Source: an uncultured delta proteobacterium (GTDB taxonomy: Bacteria > Desulfobacterota > Binatia > Binatales > Binataceae). From it: a stretch of 64,000 nucleotides of DNA. Position numbers and translations under genes: made by a program. A model generated the notes under the pieces. That model was not told the DNA's origin and ran no database searches. It saw nothing but the letters and a program-made list of their open reading frames with translations. Below are positions 10,401-20,721 of this stretch, piece by piece. How positions within the stretch are numbered: position 1 is the first letter of the stretch; each line of letters begins with the position of its first letter. The stretch is taken from positions 960,001 through 1,024,000 of the forward strand of contig CAVQEQ010000003.1 of assembly GCA_963711565.1 (NCBI GenBank), given 5' to 3'.

Positions 10401-11930
10401 GGCAAAGAGTTAGGGATGCCGTTCGATCCGATTAGCAACAAGTGCTATCTGCCCAACGCCGCGATTGCCTGGAAACAGCCTAACGGATTCTACTACCCGC
10501 CCGCCTTCCACTCCAGGAATCTATTTTTCGACAACGTCGATATCCGACATTTCGTGATCGAACCATTGTTCCTGTCAACGGGTCTCTTCCTGACCGATCC
10601 AGCCGCGTCCAGGGCTAGATACTGTACCTATAACTCGACTTTTTTTACAGGCTTTACCGATATCGATCGGCAGACGGAGCTCAATGACGACGACGGGACT
10701 TTGACTGGACTGGTCGGTCCGACGGCGCAGACCGGACTGATAGGGTCGGTCTCGGTCAACCAGGATCCGTTCTTCAACGCACCGCTGCAAACTCCGGAAT
10801 GCCTATCCGATATCAACGTGACTCCTCCGAACTCCGTAACGAATCCAGCGAAGTACGCGGGGACGGCAGTTACCAGTCTCTATGACTACGTAACCACGGT
10901 AGTGTTTCCAAGCTGTGCTGCTAACGGAGGCAAGTGCGACAAAGCGCCCATAGTAACAGACTCCTGGAACAAAGATTGTACCAGTCCAAACTGCTATGGA
11001 GTCCCACTTTATAGAGAAAACCTCATTCCCGGTGAAATGACGAAGACGCCAATGGGAGTCCCTATCCGGTTGATGGGTCAAGCCAACTTCCAGAGGAGCA
11101 GTCTGACCGTCAACTACGGTAGGTATTACATCGACACAAGTCCGAGCCTGGAGGCCCAAAAGTCGGTCAATCTACCAGCAAAAAACGTCGTGTTGTGGAA
11201 CGTCTTTCAGAAAGGTCAGAAGTATTACGTCTTCCTGGTATTTGCCAAGCCCACGACCGTCCAGACTTACGACATATACGTTGGAACGGGCTTCAACCCG
11301 AAAGATAAAGACCAGTTGTGGCTGACGCGAGTGGAGCTGCCCAGCGCTTATGAATTTCAGAAACCACAGCCGTTCCCCCAAGATCAGGCGAGTTACGACC
11401 CGAGCACCGGCATCCTGACCGTGACTCTGAACATGAGCAAGTTCCCGGACTTTGCGAGCGAATTTGCCGCCGAAAAGGGAAACCAGTGCCAACCGTCAAC
11501 CTTCTGCCAATGGATCGCCGACCCGGGAATGAGCGAGGATAACTGTCAGTGCGCGGATTCGATATTTTCGCCGCCCACTTCGACTTTTCAAACGGCCGAG
11601 TGTAGCAAGACTAACGGCATCTGCAGTTGGGCGACCAAGGACACCGACTGTCCAATGGGCGGTTGTTACGGATTCGGAGTTAAGCTGTCGGACAATTTCG
11701 TCACCAGCGATAACCCTCCGAGCCCGGCGCCGCAAAGTGTTGCATGCGTGACCAGGCCGACTCCGCCGGCAGTCTCGCCTTACGACGTCAACTGGACATT
11801 GACCACTAATAGCTCAACTTGTAACTACTCCATGACAAATTCGGCGAACTTCTGCACTAATTCAGCCGATGTCGGCCCAGAAGACTCAGGCAGCGCTCCA
11901 GACGTGAGCGGCCCCGACGACCAAAATTGA
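7497..11930 (+). CDS. Large secreted Cys-rich G8-domain / beta-helix protein (TMEM2/CEMIP-like)
   Basis: Signal-like N-terminus after GAGG RBS; VALLTRSIRI, GQGGKLGHYPVHFH and GHGYYLEDGTE motifs; the start codon is inferred. Confidence 0.75.
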   Translation: MRLSWGWTGACQQTVARLGSITFVLFLGFVSAVSASDSSSRSTIPECDAFAAASLQSDRRLPTEPNVTATTCPNESGDTLGPGNAGSDLIVSGGTCNVTGTPETYMYRNINIIKGGILKFADAPIDLYAANIIIENQGTMIAGSVNSSTGIITPIAGPLTIHLYGANQGPGGAGASCQTDAICGVPDDIWKTNDMMTSYPDTCKVTKNLPGGVNDCFYAYDYMPFDYGKVTGETGKCSMKDRSCGYFGYKVLGVGYGATLQLYGKKGATYETSVVPSDPSNTGTSWVRLNNCNPNVNDPTKQCNMGVLQPGANTLVLSSLVDWQVNDNIVVSSTDYLPGHAEQLQITSVVNSDTVPPFTTLTVKKILPNGTTTNLQFPHNASVYSLSKVPSGQVPTGWTSVDTRAAVALLTRSIRIVSNGDTVAVPFPAAPLPPITPATQGYWFGGHMVIRQGFQKVQIQGVEFYQMGQGGKLGHYPVHFHMARKVPNTTFVKDSSVWDSMTRWYVLHATQGVVLARNVGYASIGHGYYLEDGTETDNKLYANVGIFARAAVTNAQNPRNVPGILAAPDYPLIPQEDGKPPLQAGPSDDVVPYHSDWDHPTVFWIMNAWNDFEYNMAAGAGTCGVCYWLLPGINSGGSRSMNWTSYASEQQLPDSKTSGGTTPLQIFEGNTCVSAMSSFLTVGNTTACNGVQIGINPPSGPDAGIYPVLNQSAAVSSSPDYNLPPSSKSGTKVDGNGFSADNYYPHIGGGGRFPTRCTGTGDCSKQKVCSSEDESNCVITNIDHFVSSFTWQATNFAAIWLRPLWYLFINSAVTDAQNGGITFVTGGGYTKSDAINGHWALARKDVFIGNTQNSRANPFASNVGPFNPSTMLKCAQNPMPNPPGGFYAAPGNYCLDASDGISFALATFANNQRLFSIYDGPAYEDSNSYLDITATKLDNDPITGCNPQPPPPNMDPDHNCANSQYSQAGKELGMPFDPISNKCYLPNAAIAWKQPNGFYYPPAFHSRNLFFDNVDIRHFVIEPLFLSTGLFLTDPAASRARYCTYNSTFFTGFTDIDRQTELNDDDGTLTGLVGPTAQTGLIGSVSVNQDPFFNAPLQTPECLSDINVTPPNSVTNPAKYAGTAVTSLYDYVTTVVFPSCAANGGKCDKAPIVTDSWNKDCTSPNCYGVPLYRENLIPGEMTKTPMGVPIRLMGQANFQRSSLTVNYGRYYIDTSPSLEAQKSVNLPAKNVVLWNVFQKGQKYYVFLVFAKPTTVQTYDIYVGTGFNPKDKDQLWLTRVELPSAYEFQKPQPFPQDQASYDPSTGILTVTLNMSKFPDFASEFAAEKGNQCQPSTFCQWIADPGMSEDNCQCADSIFSPPTSTFQTAECSKTNGICSWATKDTDCPMGGCYGFGVKLSDNFVTSDNPPSPAPQSVACVTRPTPPAVSPYDVNWTLTTNSSTCNYSMTNSANFCTNSADVGPEDSGSAPDVSGPDDQN

Positions 11931-11934
11931 GTGG

Positions 11935-12030
11935 ATCCTGCGAGTGTGATTCTTTAGAAAAGTCGCCCACCGCTGGTCGCCCCGAGGTATACCCGTCGCC
12001 GGCGGAGACTTCGGCACATACTTGCTGTCC
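11935..12030 (-). pseudogene. Transposase/integrase-core remnant
   Basis: SKYVPKSPP...GDQRWATFLKNH resembles a segment of rve-type IS transposases. Confidence 0.5.
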
Positions 12031-12639
12031 ATGGGGGAGTAGAGGGTGCTGCGGCGTCCTTGGGTTTGCTGTTCGCGGGCCAAACTAGCCGGCATCGTTA
12101 ACGGCGAAAGATCTCATGATGCCCGAACCGCTGCCACTCCCCGAATGGCATCCGCGTGCCCGGCGTTAATTCTCTTTAGAGCGAAAGATTCTGGTCCATA
12201 ATGAGGACAACAGCTTTCAGTTTTAAAATCTGGCCGCCGCCCCCAACCTCTTTTAGGAAAGGCTGTCCCTGCTAAAAATTCCATCTGACTCGGAATTCGA
12301 GCGGCAAAGATAATTGCTATCGAACGGATGCGCTCAGATGAGGCGGGCTGCGATCGGAACCACAAGCGGCTGACCTCCAGATCGAGTTCGAAAAAACCCT
12401 CCGAAGCATAGATCCTCAGACGACGTTGTGCGGCAGCCCGCGCAACGATTGGTGAGCAAGAGTCCGAGACGAATCAGGCGACGAGACGTTCGTAGTGATG
12501 ATGCAAGCCTGTGCTTGCTCAAAACTCCATCCACGCAGCGCGCGCGAGCGAATAGACGATCTTGCGAAGGGCGTCGTCCTTGAGTTCATTTTCAGCGAGA
12601 CTGTCGAGACGTGGGAGCAACGTGGTCGGAGGCAGGCCA

Positions 12640-13505
12640 ATGGCTGAGACAGATAAGTGGCTGCGGTGGCTAGCGGAGACGCGATTCGGCGGCGATCAAA
12701 AGGGCGCCGCTCGCGGGCTGAAGACCCTGACGCGGGTGCGCGATCATCTGCTCAAAAGGGCCGGTCTCACTGACGGCAAGATCCTTTTGGATGTCGGTAC
12801 AGGAGAAGGATTGGTGGGATTCGGCGCACTTGCGAAGGTAGAACCCAGTGGACGCGTGATTTTCTCGGACATCTCGGATTCCTGCCTCGAATTCACACGC
12901 TCTGCCGTGGAGAGACTGGGAGTAGCGGAACGTTGCTCGTTCGTGAAAGCGAGCGCGGAAGACCTTGGCGAAATCGAGAGTGAGTCCGTGGACGTTGTGG
13001 CAACCAGGTCGGTCCTGATCTACGTTGACGACAAAAGACGGGCGTTCAAGGAATTCTTTCGGGTGCTGAAGCCCGGCGGTCGCACAGCTTTGTTCGAGCC
13101 CATTGCGGACAATCGAATGAATGAAGACGCCGCGTTCTGGAACCTCGCACGAAGGCCAGGGACTCCTGATGAGATCGCACCGATCAAGGATCTCCTCGAT
13201 AAAGTGGGAGCTTGGTGGAAGGCTCATCGTCAAGTCAACGAGGCGATGACGAATTTTAACGAGCGCGACCTCGTGCGTATGTGCGTCGAGGCGGGTTTCG
13301 CGGCAGTTCACACAGAGCTGTATCTTGATGTAGGACCGATGGCTCCGCGTAGTTGGGAGTTTTTCCTGAACTCATCTCCGAATCCCCTGATCCCAAGCTT
13401 CGCGGAGGTGCAGAAAGAAATCTTCAACGACGAGGAACGCGAGCGCTACGAGCGACACTTGCGTCCGTTGATTGAGCGTGGCGGGCAGCCTTTTCGAAGT
13501 CAGGG
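12640..13505 (+). pseudogene. Class I SAM-dependent methyltransferase, 3' end cut by IS21 copy 2
   Basis: LLDVGTGEG and EFFRVLKPGG motifs; reading frame runs into the IS end at 13506. Confidence 0.85.
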
Positions 13506-13656
13506 TGTCAACGCCGGAGCAAAAGTACATCAACGGGCCGGAGTAAAAATGCATCAGTCTGGCCGGAGTTGGTTTGGGTTCCGGCAGGAGGAGCGCGAGG
13601 GGGATTTTCCCCCTCGCCCATCTGTGGAACTAAGGGCTGAGCGACCCGGTGGTGGG

Positions 13657-14436
13657 TCAGCCGGGTTCTTGCGGTGGTTGCTCTTCTACGATCTGACCTC
13701 TGCTGTGCTTAAGCCTGAAGCTATCGCCGTTCATCTCGAGGATGTGGACATGATGGGTGAGGCGATCGAGCAGCGCGCCGGTCAGTCGCTCGGAGCCGAA
13801 CACGCCGGTCCACTCATCGAAGGGCAGATTGCTGGTCACGATGATCGAGCCGCGTTCGTAGCGCTGGCTGAAGACCTCGAACAGCAACTCGGCGCCGGTC
13901 TGTGACAGCGGAACGTAGCCGAGCTCGTCGACGATCAGCAGCTTTAAGCCGGCGAGTTGCCGTTGCAGTCGCTGCAGACGCTTTTCGTCGTGTGCTTCGT
14001 GCAGTTCGTTGACCAGGGCCGCAGCGGTGGTGAAGCCAACCGCGAGACCCTTCTGGCACGCTGCCAGTCCGAGCCCCAGCGCGATGTGAGTCTTGCCGGT
14101 GCCGCTGTTACCGAGCGCGATGACGTTCTCACGGCGGCCGACGTACTCCGAGCGGGCCAGTTCCAGCACCAAGGTCTTGTTGAGCGAGGGGATGGCGGTG
14201 AAGTCGAAGCTGTCGAGGCTCTTCACTGCGGGGAACCTGGCTTCCTTGATCCGGCGCTCGATGGTCCGCCGTTCCCGGTCGATCATCTCAAGCTCGGCCA
14301 GGCGCAACAGGTAGCGCGAGTGATCGACACCTTCGGCGGCGCACTGGCGCGCCAGCTTGTCGTACTCACGCAGGAAGGTTGGGAGCCTCAGCGCCTTAAG
14401 GTGGTGAGCGAGCAGAACCTGCGGTGTGTCGCTCAT
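13657..14436 (-). CDS. istB: IS21 ATPase IstB
   Basis: Near-identical to copy 1. Confidence 0.95.
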   Translation of the reverse strand: MSDTPQVLLAHHLKALRLPTFLREYDKLARQCAAEGVDHSRYLLRLAELEMIDRERRTIERRIKEARFPAVKSLDSFDFTAIPSLNKTLVLELARSEYVGRRENVIALGNSGTGKTHIALGLGLAACQKGLAVGFTTAAALVNELHEAHDEKRLQRLQRQLAGLKLLIVDELGYVPLSQTGAELLFEVFSQRYERGSIIVTSNLPFDEWTGVFGSERLTGALLDRLTHHVHILEMNGDSFRLKHSRGQIVEEQPPQEPG

Positions 14437-15935
14437 GACGATGCCCCTCCCGCCAGCAGGCTCAAGTAGGCCCGGGCCGAGGTGGTCGCGACGGTGGCGC
14501 GCGGCAAGTAGGGATAGATCTTCATGTCCAGCCGCGGTGGGCGGCGTTCGATGCGGCACAACACCAGATGCTTGACTGCGTCGAAGCTGATCACTCCGCG
14601 CGCGATCGCTTCTCTCACCGCCGCTGATACGTCATCGGTGCGGAACACCTCCAGCAGGCGCAGCACCTGCACGAACTCGCGTTTGCCCGGCTTGCTCAGG
14701 CGAGCCTCGAGCAGACGGCGCAGGGTCGCGAACTCTTCAGGCAGTTCCCAACCGACCAGTGGCGCGGCCTGATCCAGCGCACCGATCTTCCGTTCCAGCA
14801 GCGCCAGGTAGTGCAGCGGATCGAAGATGAAGTTTTCGCGCTCGTAGGAGCGCAGATGACGCGCGATCTCTTCCGCCGCGCAGGCGATCACCACTTCGTG
14901 GACGTAACCGCGAACCAGCACCTCGCGGTGGCCGTAAGCGGTGGGCACCGAATAGTCGTTGCCCCGATAGCGCACCAGCGAGAGCGAGCTGACCCGGACT
15001 GCTCTCTTCTCGCAGGCATCGTAGTGAGTGGGCGGCAACGGCAGGAAGGCAGCGCGGTCTCGCACCAGTCGCTCGGCGATGGTCTGATCATGGCCACGCA
15101 GCCGATCGTTCAACCTACGGCGGCAGTCCTCCAGCAAGCGCGCGTTGAGTTCGGCGAAGCTGGCCGCATGAGGGATCGGCACCATGAAGTTGCGCCGAGC
15201 ATAGCCCACCAACCCTTCGACCTTGCCCTTGTCATTGCCTTTCCCGGGTCGTCCGAAGCGATCGGTGAACAGGTAGTGGGACTGCAGCTCGCTGAAGACC
15301 CGGATCCTTAGCCGCCGGCCGTCTCCCAGGATGCGCGCCACCGCCAGCTTGAGGTTGTCGTACAGGATCGAGCGCGGCACGCCGCCGAAGAACTCGAAGC
15401 CGACGTTGTGTCCTTCACAGAAGGCTTCGCTGCTCTCCGATGGATAGGCCTGTACCAGGCAGCTGTCGCTGTGCGGCAGATCCATCGCGAAGAAGTGGAT
15501 CTTCCGCTCCACTCCGCCGATCACTGCCAGCGCTTCGCCGAAGTCAACCTGTGCGTGTCCCGGTTCGTGGCGCAACGGCACGAACATCTCACGCGACCGC
15601 TGCCGCCGCTCGTGCACGTAGTCCTTTACAACGGTGATCCCGCCGGCGTAGCCGTGCTCGTCTCGCAGCCGCTCGAAGATCCGCTTCGAGGTGTGCTGCT
15701 GCTTGGCTGGCTGTCCCTTATCTTCCTCCAGGATCCGATCGATGATCCCAACGAACGGATCCAGCTTCGGCCGCGCCAGCGGCTGGCCCCGCCGATATCC
15801 CGGCGGCACCGAGAACGCCAGCATCTTCGCCACCGTCCGTGGGTCGATCCCGAATCGCCGCGCTGCCTCGCGCCGGCTCAGTCCTTCTACATAAACCGCT
15901 CGTCGCACCTGCCCATACAGTTCCACGCCTTTCAT
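14433..15935 (-). CDS. istA: IS21 transposase IstA
   Basis: Near-identical to copy 1. Confidence 0.95.
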   Translation of the reverse strand: MKGVELYGQVRRAVYVEGLSRREAARRFGIDPRTVAKMLAFSVPPGYRRGQPLARPKLDPFVGIIDRILEEDKGQPAKQQHTSKRIFERLRDEHGYAGGITVVKDYVHERRQRSREMFVPLRHEPGHAQVDFGEALAVIGGVERKIHFFAMDLPHSDSCLVQAYPSESSEAFCEGHNVGFEFFGGVPRSILYDNLKLAVARILGDGRRLRIRVFSELQSHYLFTDRFGRPGKGNDKGKVEGLVGYARRNFMVPIPHAASFAELNARLLEDCRRRLNDRLRGHDQTIAERLVRDRAAFLPLPPTHYDACEKRAVRVSSLSLVRYRGNDYSVPTAYGHREVLVRGYVHEVVIACAAEEIARHLRSYERENFIFDPLHYLALLERKIGALDQAAPLVGWELPEEFATLRRLLEARLSKPGKREFVQVLRLLEVFRTDDVSAAVREAIARGVISFDAVKHLVLCRIERRPPRLDMKIYPYLPRATVATTSARAYLSLLAGGASS

Positions 15936-16046
15936 CCCTCCGCCTTCAACCCTCCAGGCTGAAGGCTATCGCGTGCTGGAGTTTTACTCCGGCGCGACCG
16001 GTCTATCCGGCCGCTTCACTGAGGGATTTTCTCTCCGGCGCTTACA

Positions 16047-16420
16047 GTCACAGGATCCACGCCAAAAGCTTTGAGGTACTCTATGTTGTTCGACCGTGCC
16101 GTGCCCAACTCCAGTCGTCCCTTGCAGAGAATATCGAGCGTGGCCACTCGCTCCGCGATACGAATTGGGTGATTGTACCGCAACATCACGACCGATATGT
16201 GACGGATCGTGATCTTCGACGTTAGCGCGGCAACAGCGCCGTAAAGAGTTTCCGGCGCCGAGACCGAGTAGGCAGACGGAACGAAATGTTGTTCTGAAGT
16301 ACCCCAGAAATCGAAACCCATCTCTTCTGCAAATACCGCCTCCTTTATAATCTCATGATAACGTGCGCTATATGAGAGGCCCTTAGGCACCTCGCCTTCG
16401 GTAAGGAGTCCAAATTTCAT
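16047..16420 (-). pseudogene. Luciferase-like monooxygenase (LLM), truncated by IS21
   Basis: MKFGLL...SEQHF...AERVATLDIL...GRLELGTAR; cut after about 124 aa. Confidence 0.9.
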
Positions 16421-16490
16421 TTCGTTCTCTCCAGCCTACGCTAGCTTTGCAATGGACACGTCCGTCCCCAAATAGGGTTAAAGTCGAGAA

Positions 16491-17996
16491 TTAGAGTTTC
16501 ACATATACCGATTTGATCTGCGTATACAGATCCAGCGAATGTTTGCCCAACTCGCGGCCTATACCAGACTGCTTATAGCCTCCGAACGATGAAATCGGAT
16601 CGATGTTGTTATAGCAATTGACCCAAACGGTGCCGGCCTTGATCGCGCGCGCTACTCGAAAAGCTCGGCTCACATCGCGCGTCCATACGGCGGCGGCTAG
16701 ACCATAGGTCGTGTCATTGCCCTGGAACACCGCGTCGTTTTCGTCCTTGAATGGAATCACTGCCGCAACCGGACCGAAAATCTCTTCGCGCGCGATCTTC
16801 ATGCTATTTTTGACGTTTGTAAAAATCGTTGGATCGACGAAAAATCCCTTCCCAGTCCGTACTTCACCACCAATTGCGGTCTTGGCACCTTCGTTCTTTC
16901 CTGCACCAATGTAGCTGTTGACGCGGTTGAACTGCTCTTTCGAAACCAGCGGCCCTACCATCGTGTTAGCATCGAGCGGGTCGCCGGCTTTGACCTTCGA
17001 CGCGTAGCGGGTCAGGTGATCGACGAAGCGATCGTGGAAGTCGCTCTGCACAAATACCCGCGTGCCCGCGCAGCAGACTTGGCCGGAGAGCATGCAAAAG
17101 CCCATCAGCGAAGTAGGTACCGCGTCTTCAAGGTCAGCATCGGGGAAAACAATATTGGGTGACTTGCCACCGAGCTCGAGCGAGACCCGCTTCAGATTTC
17201 CAGCAGATGCCTGGAGGATCAATTTGCCCACTTCAGTTGAACCGGTAAATGCGACTTTGTCGATGTCTGGATGCGAGGCAATCGCGGCGCCAGCGGTTTC
17301 GCCGTATCCAGTAACAATGTTGACGACGCCCTCCGGAAGATCAGCTTCCATCATCAGCTCTCCGATTCTGAGCGCCGTTAGCGGTGTCTGCTCGGCAGGC
17401 TTTAATATCGATACGTTTCCGCACGCGAGCGCCGGCGCGATCTTCCAAGCAAGCATCGCGATTGGACCGTTCCAAGGGATTATCTGGCCACAAACGCCAA
17501 CTGGCTCGCGCAGCGTGTAATTGAACATCGAGGGATCGGACGGATTGGTCTCACCGTAGATCTTGGTCGCCCATCCTGCATAATACCTGAAAGTGTCAGC
17601 GGCCATCAGCGTAAACCCGCGGGCCAATGAGATCGCCATGCCGTTATTGAGCGTCTCGAGGATCGCCAGCTCTTCAACGTGTTTCTCGATCAAGTCCGCG
17701 ATAGTCAGCAGGTAGCGAGCACGCTGATGCGGATTGATGGTTGGCCACTTACCATTTTCGTATGCCCTTCGGGCGGACTTGACCGCTTCATCGACATCCG
17801 CTTTGTCACCTTCAGAGACCAAGGCTAGCACTTCTTCGTTTGCGGGATTTATGGTTTCGAAAGTCTTTCCTGATTTCGCCGGTACCCACTCACCTCCTAT
17901 CAAAAGGCCCTTCGGTCTGCGGAGGAAATCCAGAACCGGGATCGAAGTTACGCCTTGTGCCGCTCGTAATATTGATGGAACCGTTGATGCCGCCAC
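16491..17996 (-). CDS. NAD-dependent aldehyde dehydrogenase
   Basis: IIPWN, FTGSTEVG, LELGGKSP, GQVCCAG and EEIFGPV motifs. Confidence 0.95.
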   Translation of the reverse strand: MAASTVPSILRAAQGVTSIPVLDFLRRPKGLLIGGEWVPAKSGKTFETINPANEEVLALVSEGDKADVDEAVKSARRAYENGKWPTINPHQRARYLLTIADLIEKHVEELAILETLNNGMAISLARGFTLMAADTFRYYAGWATKIYGETNPSDPSMFNYTLREPVGVCGQIIPWNGPIAMLAWKIAPALACGNVSILKPAEQTPLTALRIGELMMEADLPEGVVNIVTGYGETAGAAIASHPDIDKVAFTGSTEVGKLILQASAGNLKRVSLELGGKSPNIVFPDADLEDAVPTSLMGFCMLSGQVCCAGTRVFVQSDFHDRFVDHLTRYASKVKAGDPLDANTMVGPLVSKEQFNRVNSYIGAGKNEGAKTAIGGEVRTGKGFFVDPTIFTNVKNSMKIAREEIFGPVAAVIPFKDENDAVFQGNDTTYGLAAAVWTRDVSRAFRVARAIKAGTVWVNCYNNIDPISSFGGYKQSGIGRELGKHSLDLYTQIKSVYVKL

Positions 17997-18104
17997 TTCT
18001 ATTCTCCTCTAAGACTGTTACTTTGATCTGATGTGATTTGCGTCCAGACTCCGAAACGGGTCTACCTTAGCCGGCAACGTTGGGCACAGTGGTACTGCGC
18101 ACCT

Positions 18105-18617
18105 TTAGTGAGACTTTCGACTGTCCTCTTTGGGGTTCTGATATATGATGGCGACCGCGTCCAGGTAGTAGCCTGGATGTCCGGGTTGTCCAATTCGCGG
18201 TGTCAGGCCCTCTTCGTAGCTTCGGCTCCGGTCCGAATTCCCGTCGTTGTTCTGAACCGTCGTTGCAGGAAGGTCCATTGTTTCGAGCCGACCATCGACC
18301 TGGGATTGACTTGACAACATCAGCAGTGCGTCAGCGCCAGCACCGCAAGCTTTCTGGCGCACAGCGCTTAGCATTTCCTCTTTGTGATCGAGAGTTCCCC
18401 AAGATTCTACGATCGCGATTTTTTGATAGTCAGTTTCCAAGGGTTCTGAACGTAGAATGGGCATCAAACAATCCGGCGGCTTTGGGGCGCGAGCGATGGG
18501 ATCAATTTGTACGATAGATGTCTGAGGAGGCTGGCTGGAAGAGCAACTCCAAACGGCCGAACAGCCCAATGCGCAGCAGAGCATGAAGCCTTCGAATAGA
18601 GTTCGCATTTTCACCAA
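18105..18617 (-). CDS. Putative lipoprotein
   Basis: Hydrophobic N-terminus with Cys; KACGAGADAL motif; co-oriented with the operon. Confidence 0.6.
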   Translation of the reverse strand: MVKMRTLFEGFMLCCALGCSAVWSCSSSQPPQTSIVQIDPIARAPKPPDCLMPILRSEPLETDYQKIAIVESWGTLDHKEEMLSAVRQKACGAGADALLMLSSQSQVDGRLETMDLPATTVQNNDGNSDRSRSYEEGLTPRIGQPGHPGYYLDAVAIIYQNPKEDSRKSH

Positions 18618-18674
18618 CAGTTCGGTTGAATTGCCGTTTAAAAGGAACGAGAGAGGTAAATGACTGACTATTCT

Positions 18675-19166
18675 CTACTCGCCATTTGGACGACGCACCT
18701 CCCACACTCCATTTGAAGCAAGCGTGCCTGCTACGTAACAAGTGAAGTTCCCCTTCATGCTGTTTCCTTGAGCCGATCCTTCGAACGAGCATGCCAGGTT
18801 GTTTGGCATCGCCTGCACTTGTAGCTTTAGCTTACCTTCTTTAATGGTTCCGCCGGTGATTTTCCCCAGGGGATTGTTGCAATCGACATTCGCTTTCTTG
18901 CCTGCGTAGCATTTGTATGAACCCGAGATCTCTTCACCGCTCTGCTTCAAGTCAAATCGGATACTGTGAACTCTAAATTCGTCCGACCCGGTGCCGCCGG
19001 TCGTCGTTCGAGTACCCTTCCACACTCCTGACACCTTCACATCACCGGTATCAGGCGCCTGTGCTCCGGCTATCGGACACCAGTAAAGCATTGTCATCGA
19101 CACTAACAATGTAAGGCAGATTACTATTCGGTTCAGGTACATCGGAATCGTGTCCTTCCTAGTCAT
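18675..19166 (-). CDS. Secreted beta-rich hypothetical protein
   Basis: Signal peptide (AGA-Q); VSGVWKG...LKQSGEEISG pattern; Cys pairs. Confidence 0.65.
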   Translation of the reverse strand: MTRKDTIPMYLNRIVICLTLLVSMTMLYWCPIAGAQAPDTGDVKVSGVWKGTRTTTGGTGSDEFRVHSIRFDLKQSGEEISGSYKCYAGKKANVDCNNPLGKITGGTIKEGKLKLQVQAMPNNLACSFEGSAQGNSMKGNFTCYVAGTLASNGVWEVRRPNGE

Positions 19167-19890
19167 GAGTTGTGTAGCTTTTCCGGCCTTTTAAGTTGAC
19201 ATCGAAGAGCTCAAGGGTTCGTTTCCACGCGTCCTCTGCGTCGTTGGCGCTGTAAACGTCAATTCGAGTATCATTGAAAAAGCCGTGCGAGCAGCCCGCG
19301 TACACCTTGACTTGGCCCGGCTTGCCGAACTTTTTGAGCGCCGCCCCGAGACGGTCAACGTCCTGGCGCTGAATCCATCCGTCGTTCTCGCCGTAGACGT
19401 AGAAGATAGGACATCCAAGACTTGCGAGCTGATCGTCAGACGGAATCTCGCCGTAGAACGGCGCCGCCGCCTTGATCTCCTTGCTTATACAAGGCAGTAA
19501 GACCGCATAGCTCCCACCCATGCAGAAGCCAATTACGCCGATATGCGCGGCGTCAGCCTTAGGCTGCTTTTTGATCCATCCAATGGTGCTAGCCAAATCG
19601 TCCACGCCATCGACTACCAGCAGTCCACCCATCAGGTCGGCAGCTAGACCGGGATCTTTGGTCACCTGATGCCCCTGTCGTGAGTAGAGATCGGGCGCGA
19701 CCGCAAAATAGCCTTCGGCCGCCAGGCGTCGCGCTACATCTCGAATGTGGTCGTCGAGCCCCCACCATTCATGCACGACGATTAGAGCTGGCCACGGCCC
19801 AGCCGCCGCAGGTTCTGCCACAAAGGCTCTGAGCTCGCAGCTCTTACCCGAAAAACGAACTTCTTTGCCGGTCACCTGCTTATTTGCCAT
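19159..19890 (-). CDS. Dienelactone hydrolase family protein
   Basis: HEWWGL, GFCMGG nucleophile elbow, HGFFND. Confidence 0.92.
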   Translation of the reverse strand: MANKQVTGKEVRFSGKSCELRAFVAEPAAAGPWPALIVVHEWWGLDDHIRDVARRLAAEGYFAVAPDLYSRQGHQVTKDPGLAADLMGGLLVVDGVDDLASTIGWIKKQPKADAAHIGVIGFCMGGSYAVLLPCISKEIKAAAPFYGEIPSDDQLASLGCPIFYVYGENDGWIQRQDVDRLGAALKKFGKPGQVKVYAGCSHGFFNDTRIDVYSANDAEDAWKRTLELFDVNLKGRKSYTTHD

Positions 19891-19896
19891 CGATCG

Positions 19897-20154
19897 TCAC
19901 TCTCTAAGAATGTACTTCTCGGCACCGTGCTCAATCAGATAGTCGTAGATGATTACTTGTATTTCATCATCACCAATCCGCCGCTCGAACAGTTCGTAGT
20001 TTAATCGATGTACAATATCAGCGGCTTTCGAGAACGACATCTCGCTAGTCAGCTTGATACGGTCGGTCATATCCTTGTTGGGCGGCAAGTAGTAAAGGCA
20101 GTAACCCACTACAGACAGATCATAAAACACCATGCCATGCTTTTGATTGACCAT
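19897..20154 (-). CDS. Hypothetical protein (85 aa)
   Basis: Co-oriented; ends 6 nt before the hydrolase gene start. Confidence 0.55.
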   Translation of the reverse strand: MVNQKHGMVFYDLSVVGYCLYYLPPNKDMTDRIKLTSEMSFSKAADIVHRLNYELFERRIGDDEIQVIIYDYLIEHGAEKYILRE

Positions 20155-20263
20155 CCTGATCGCTGCATCTCTCTTGCTAAAGACTTCGATTTCCTGAAAA
20201 CTGCATTCTACCGGTCGATCTCGCCGGCCAACCCGGTGCGACCGGATGACCTGACCGAGTATC

Positions 20264-20659
20264 TCAACCGCGCAAACGGGCGACGAGTCTGATTTCGACC
20301 AGCGCCCCAGGCACGGCCAGTTCGGAGACCCCGACTCCCGTCCAGGCGGGGTAGGGCTCTGGCATGTATCGATCCTTGACCTTCGAAAACAATGGCAGTT
20401 GAGCTTGCAGGCCGACGTGAAAGGTCGTCATTTCGACTACATCGGAATACGAACAACCCGCCTCCGCCAGTACAGCCTTTAGCGTTTCGAAGGCTTGCGT
20501 GTATTGCTTCTCCGGGTCTTTCACGGCCGTCCCGTCCGGCTCAAGCCCGATCATTCCAGCCAAAAAGAGCCGGTCCTTATCCTTAACGGCCGGCGAGAAG
20601 TGAAAGTTGTTGTAGAAGCCCTCCATTCCTTTCGGAAGGACAACATCGCTTTGTTTCAT
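20264..20659 (-). CDS. Rid (YjgF/YER057c/UK114) family protein
   Basis: FSPAV, LAGMIG, YPAWTGVGVSEL...VEI motifs; start at MKQSD after GGAGAG. Confidence 0.9.
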   Translation of the reverse strand: MKQSDVVLPKGMEGFYNNFHFSPAVKDKDRLFLAGMIGLEPDGTAVKDPEKQYTQAFETLKAVLAEAGCSYSDVVEMTTFHVGLQAQLPLFSKVKDRYMPEPYPAWTGVGVSELAVPGALVEIRLVARLRG

Positions 20660-20721
20660 ACAGACTCTCCCTGACGTTAAGGGCGTAAATGAGATCCTCG
20701 TGTTCAAGCCAAACTGCCGGA

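Larger units (their letters stand above)
13506..16046 (-). mobile_element. IS21-family element, copy 2 (2541 bp)
   Basis: Same termini as copy 1; flanked by two different truncated genes; no TSD. Confidence 0.95.

Noticed and set aside
12562-13905. 447-aa methyltransferase with novel C-terminal domain
   Set aside because: The tail is read-through into IS21, antisense to istB.
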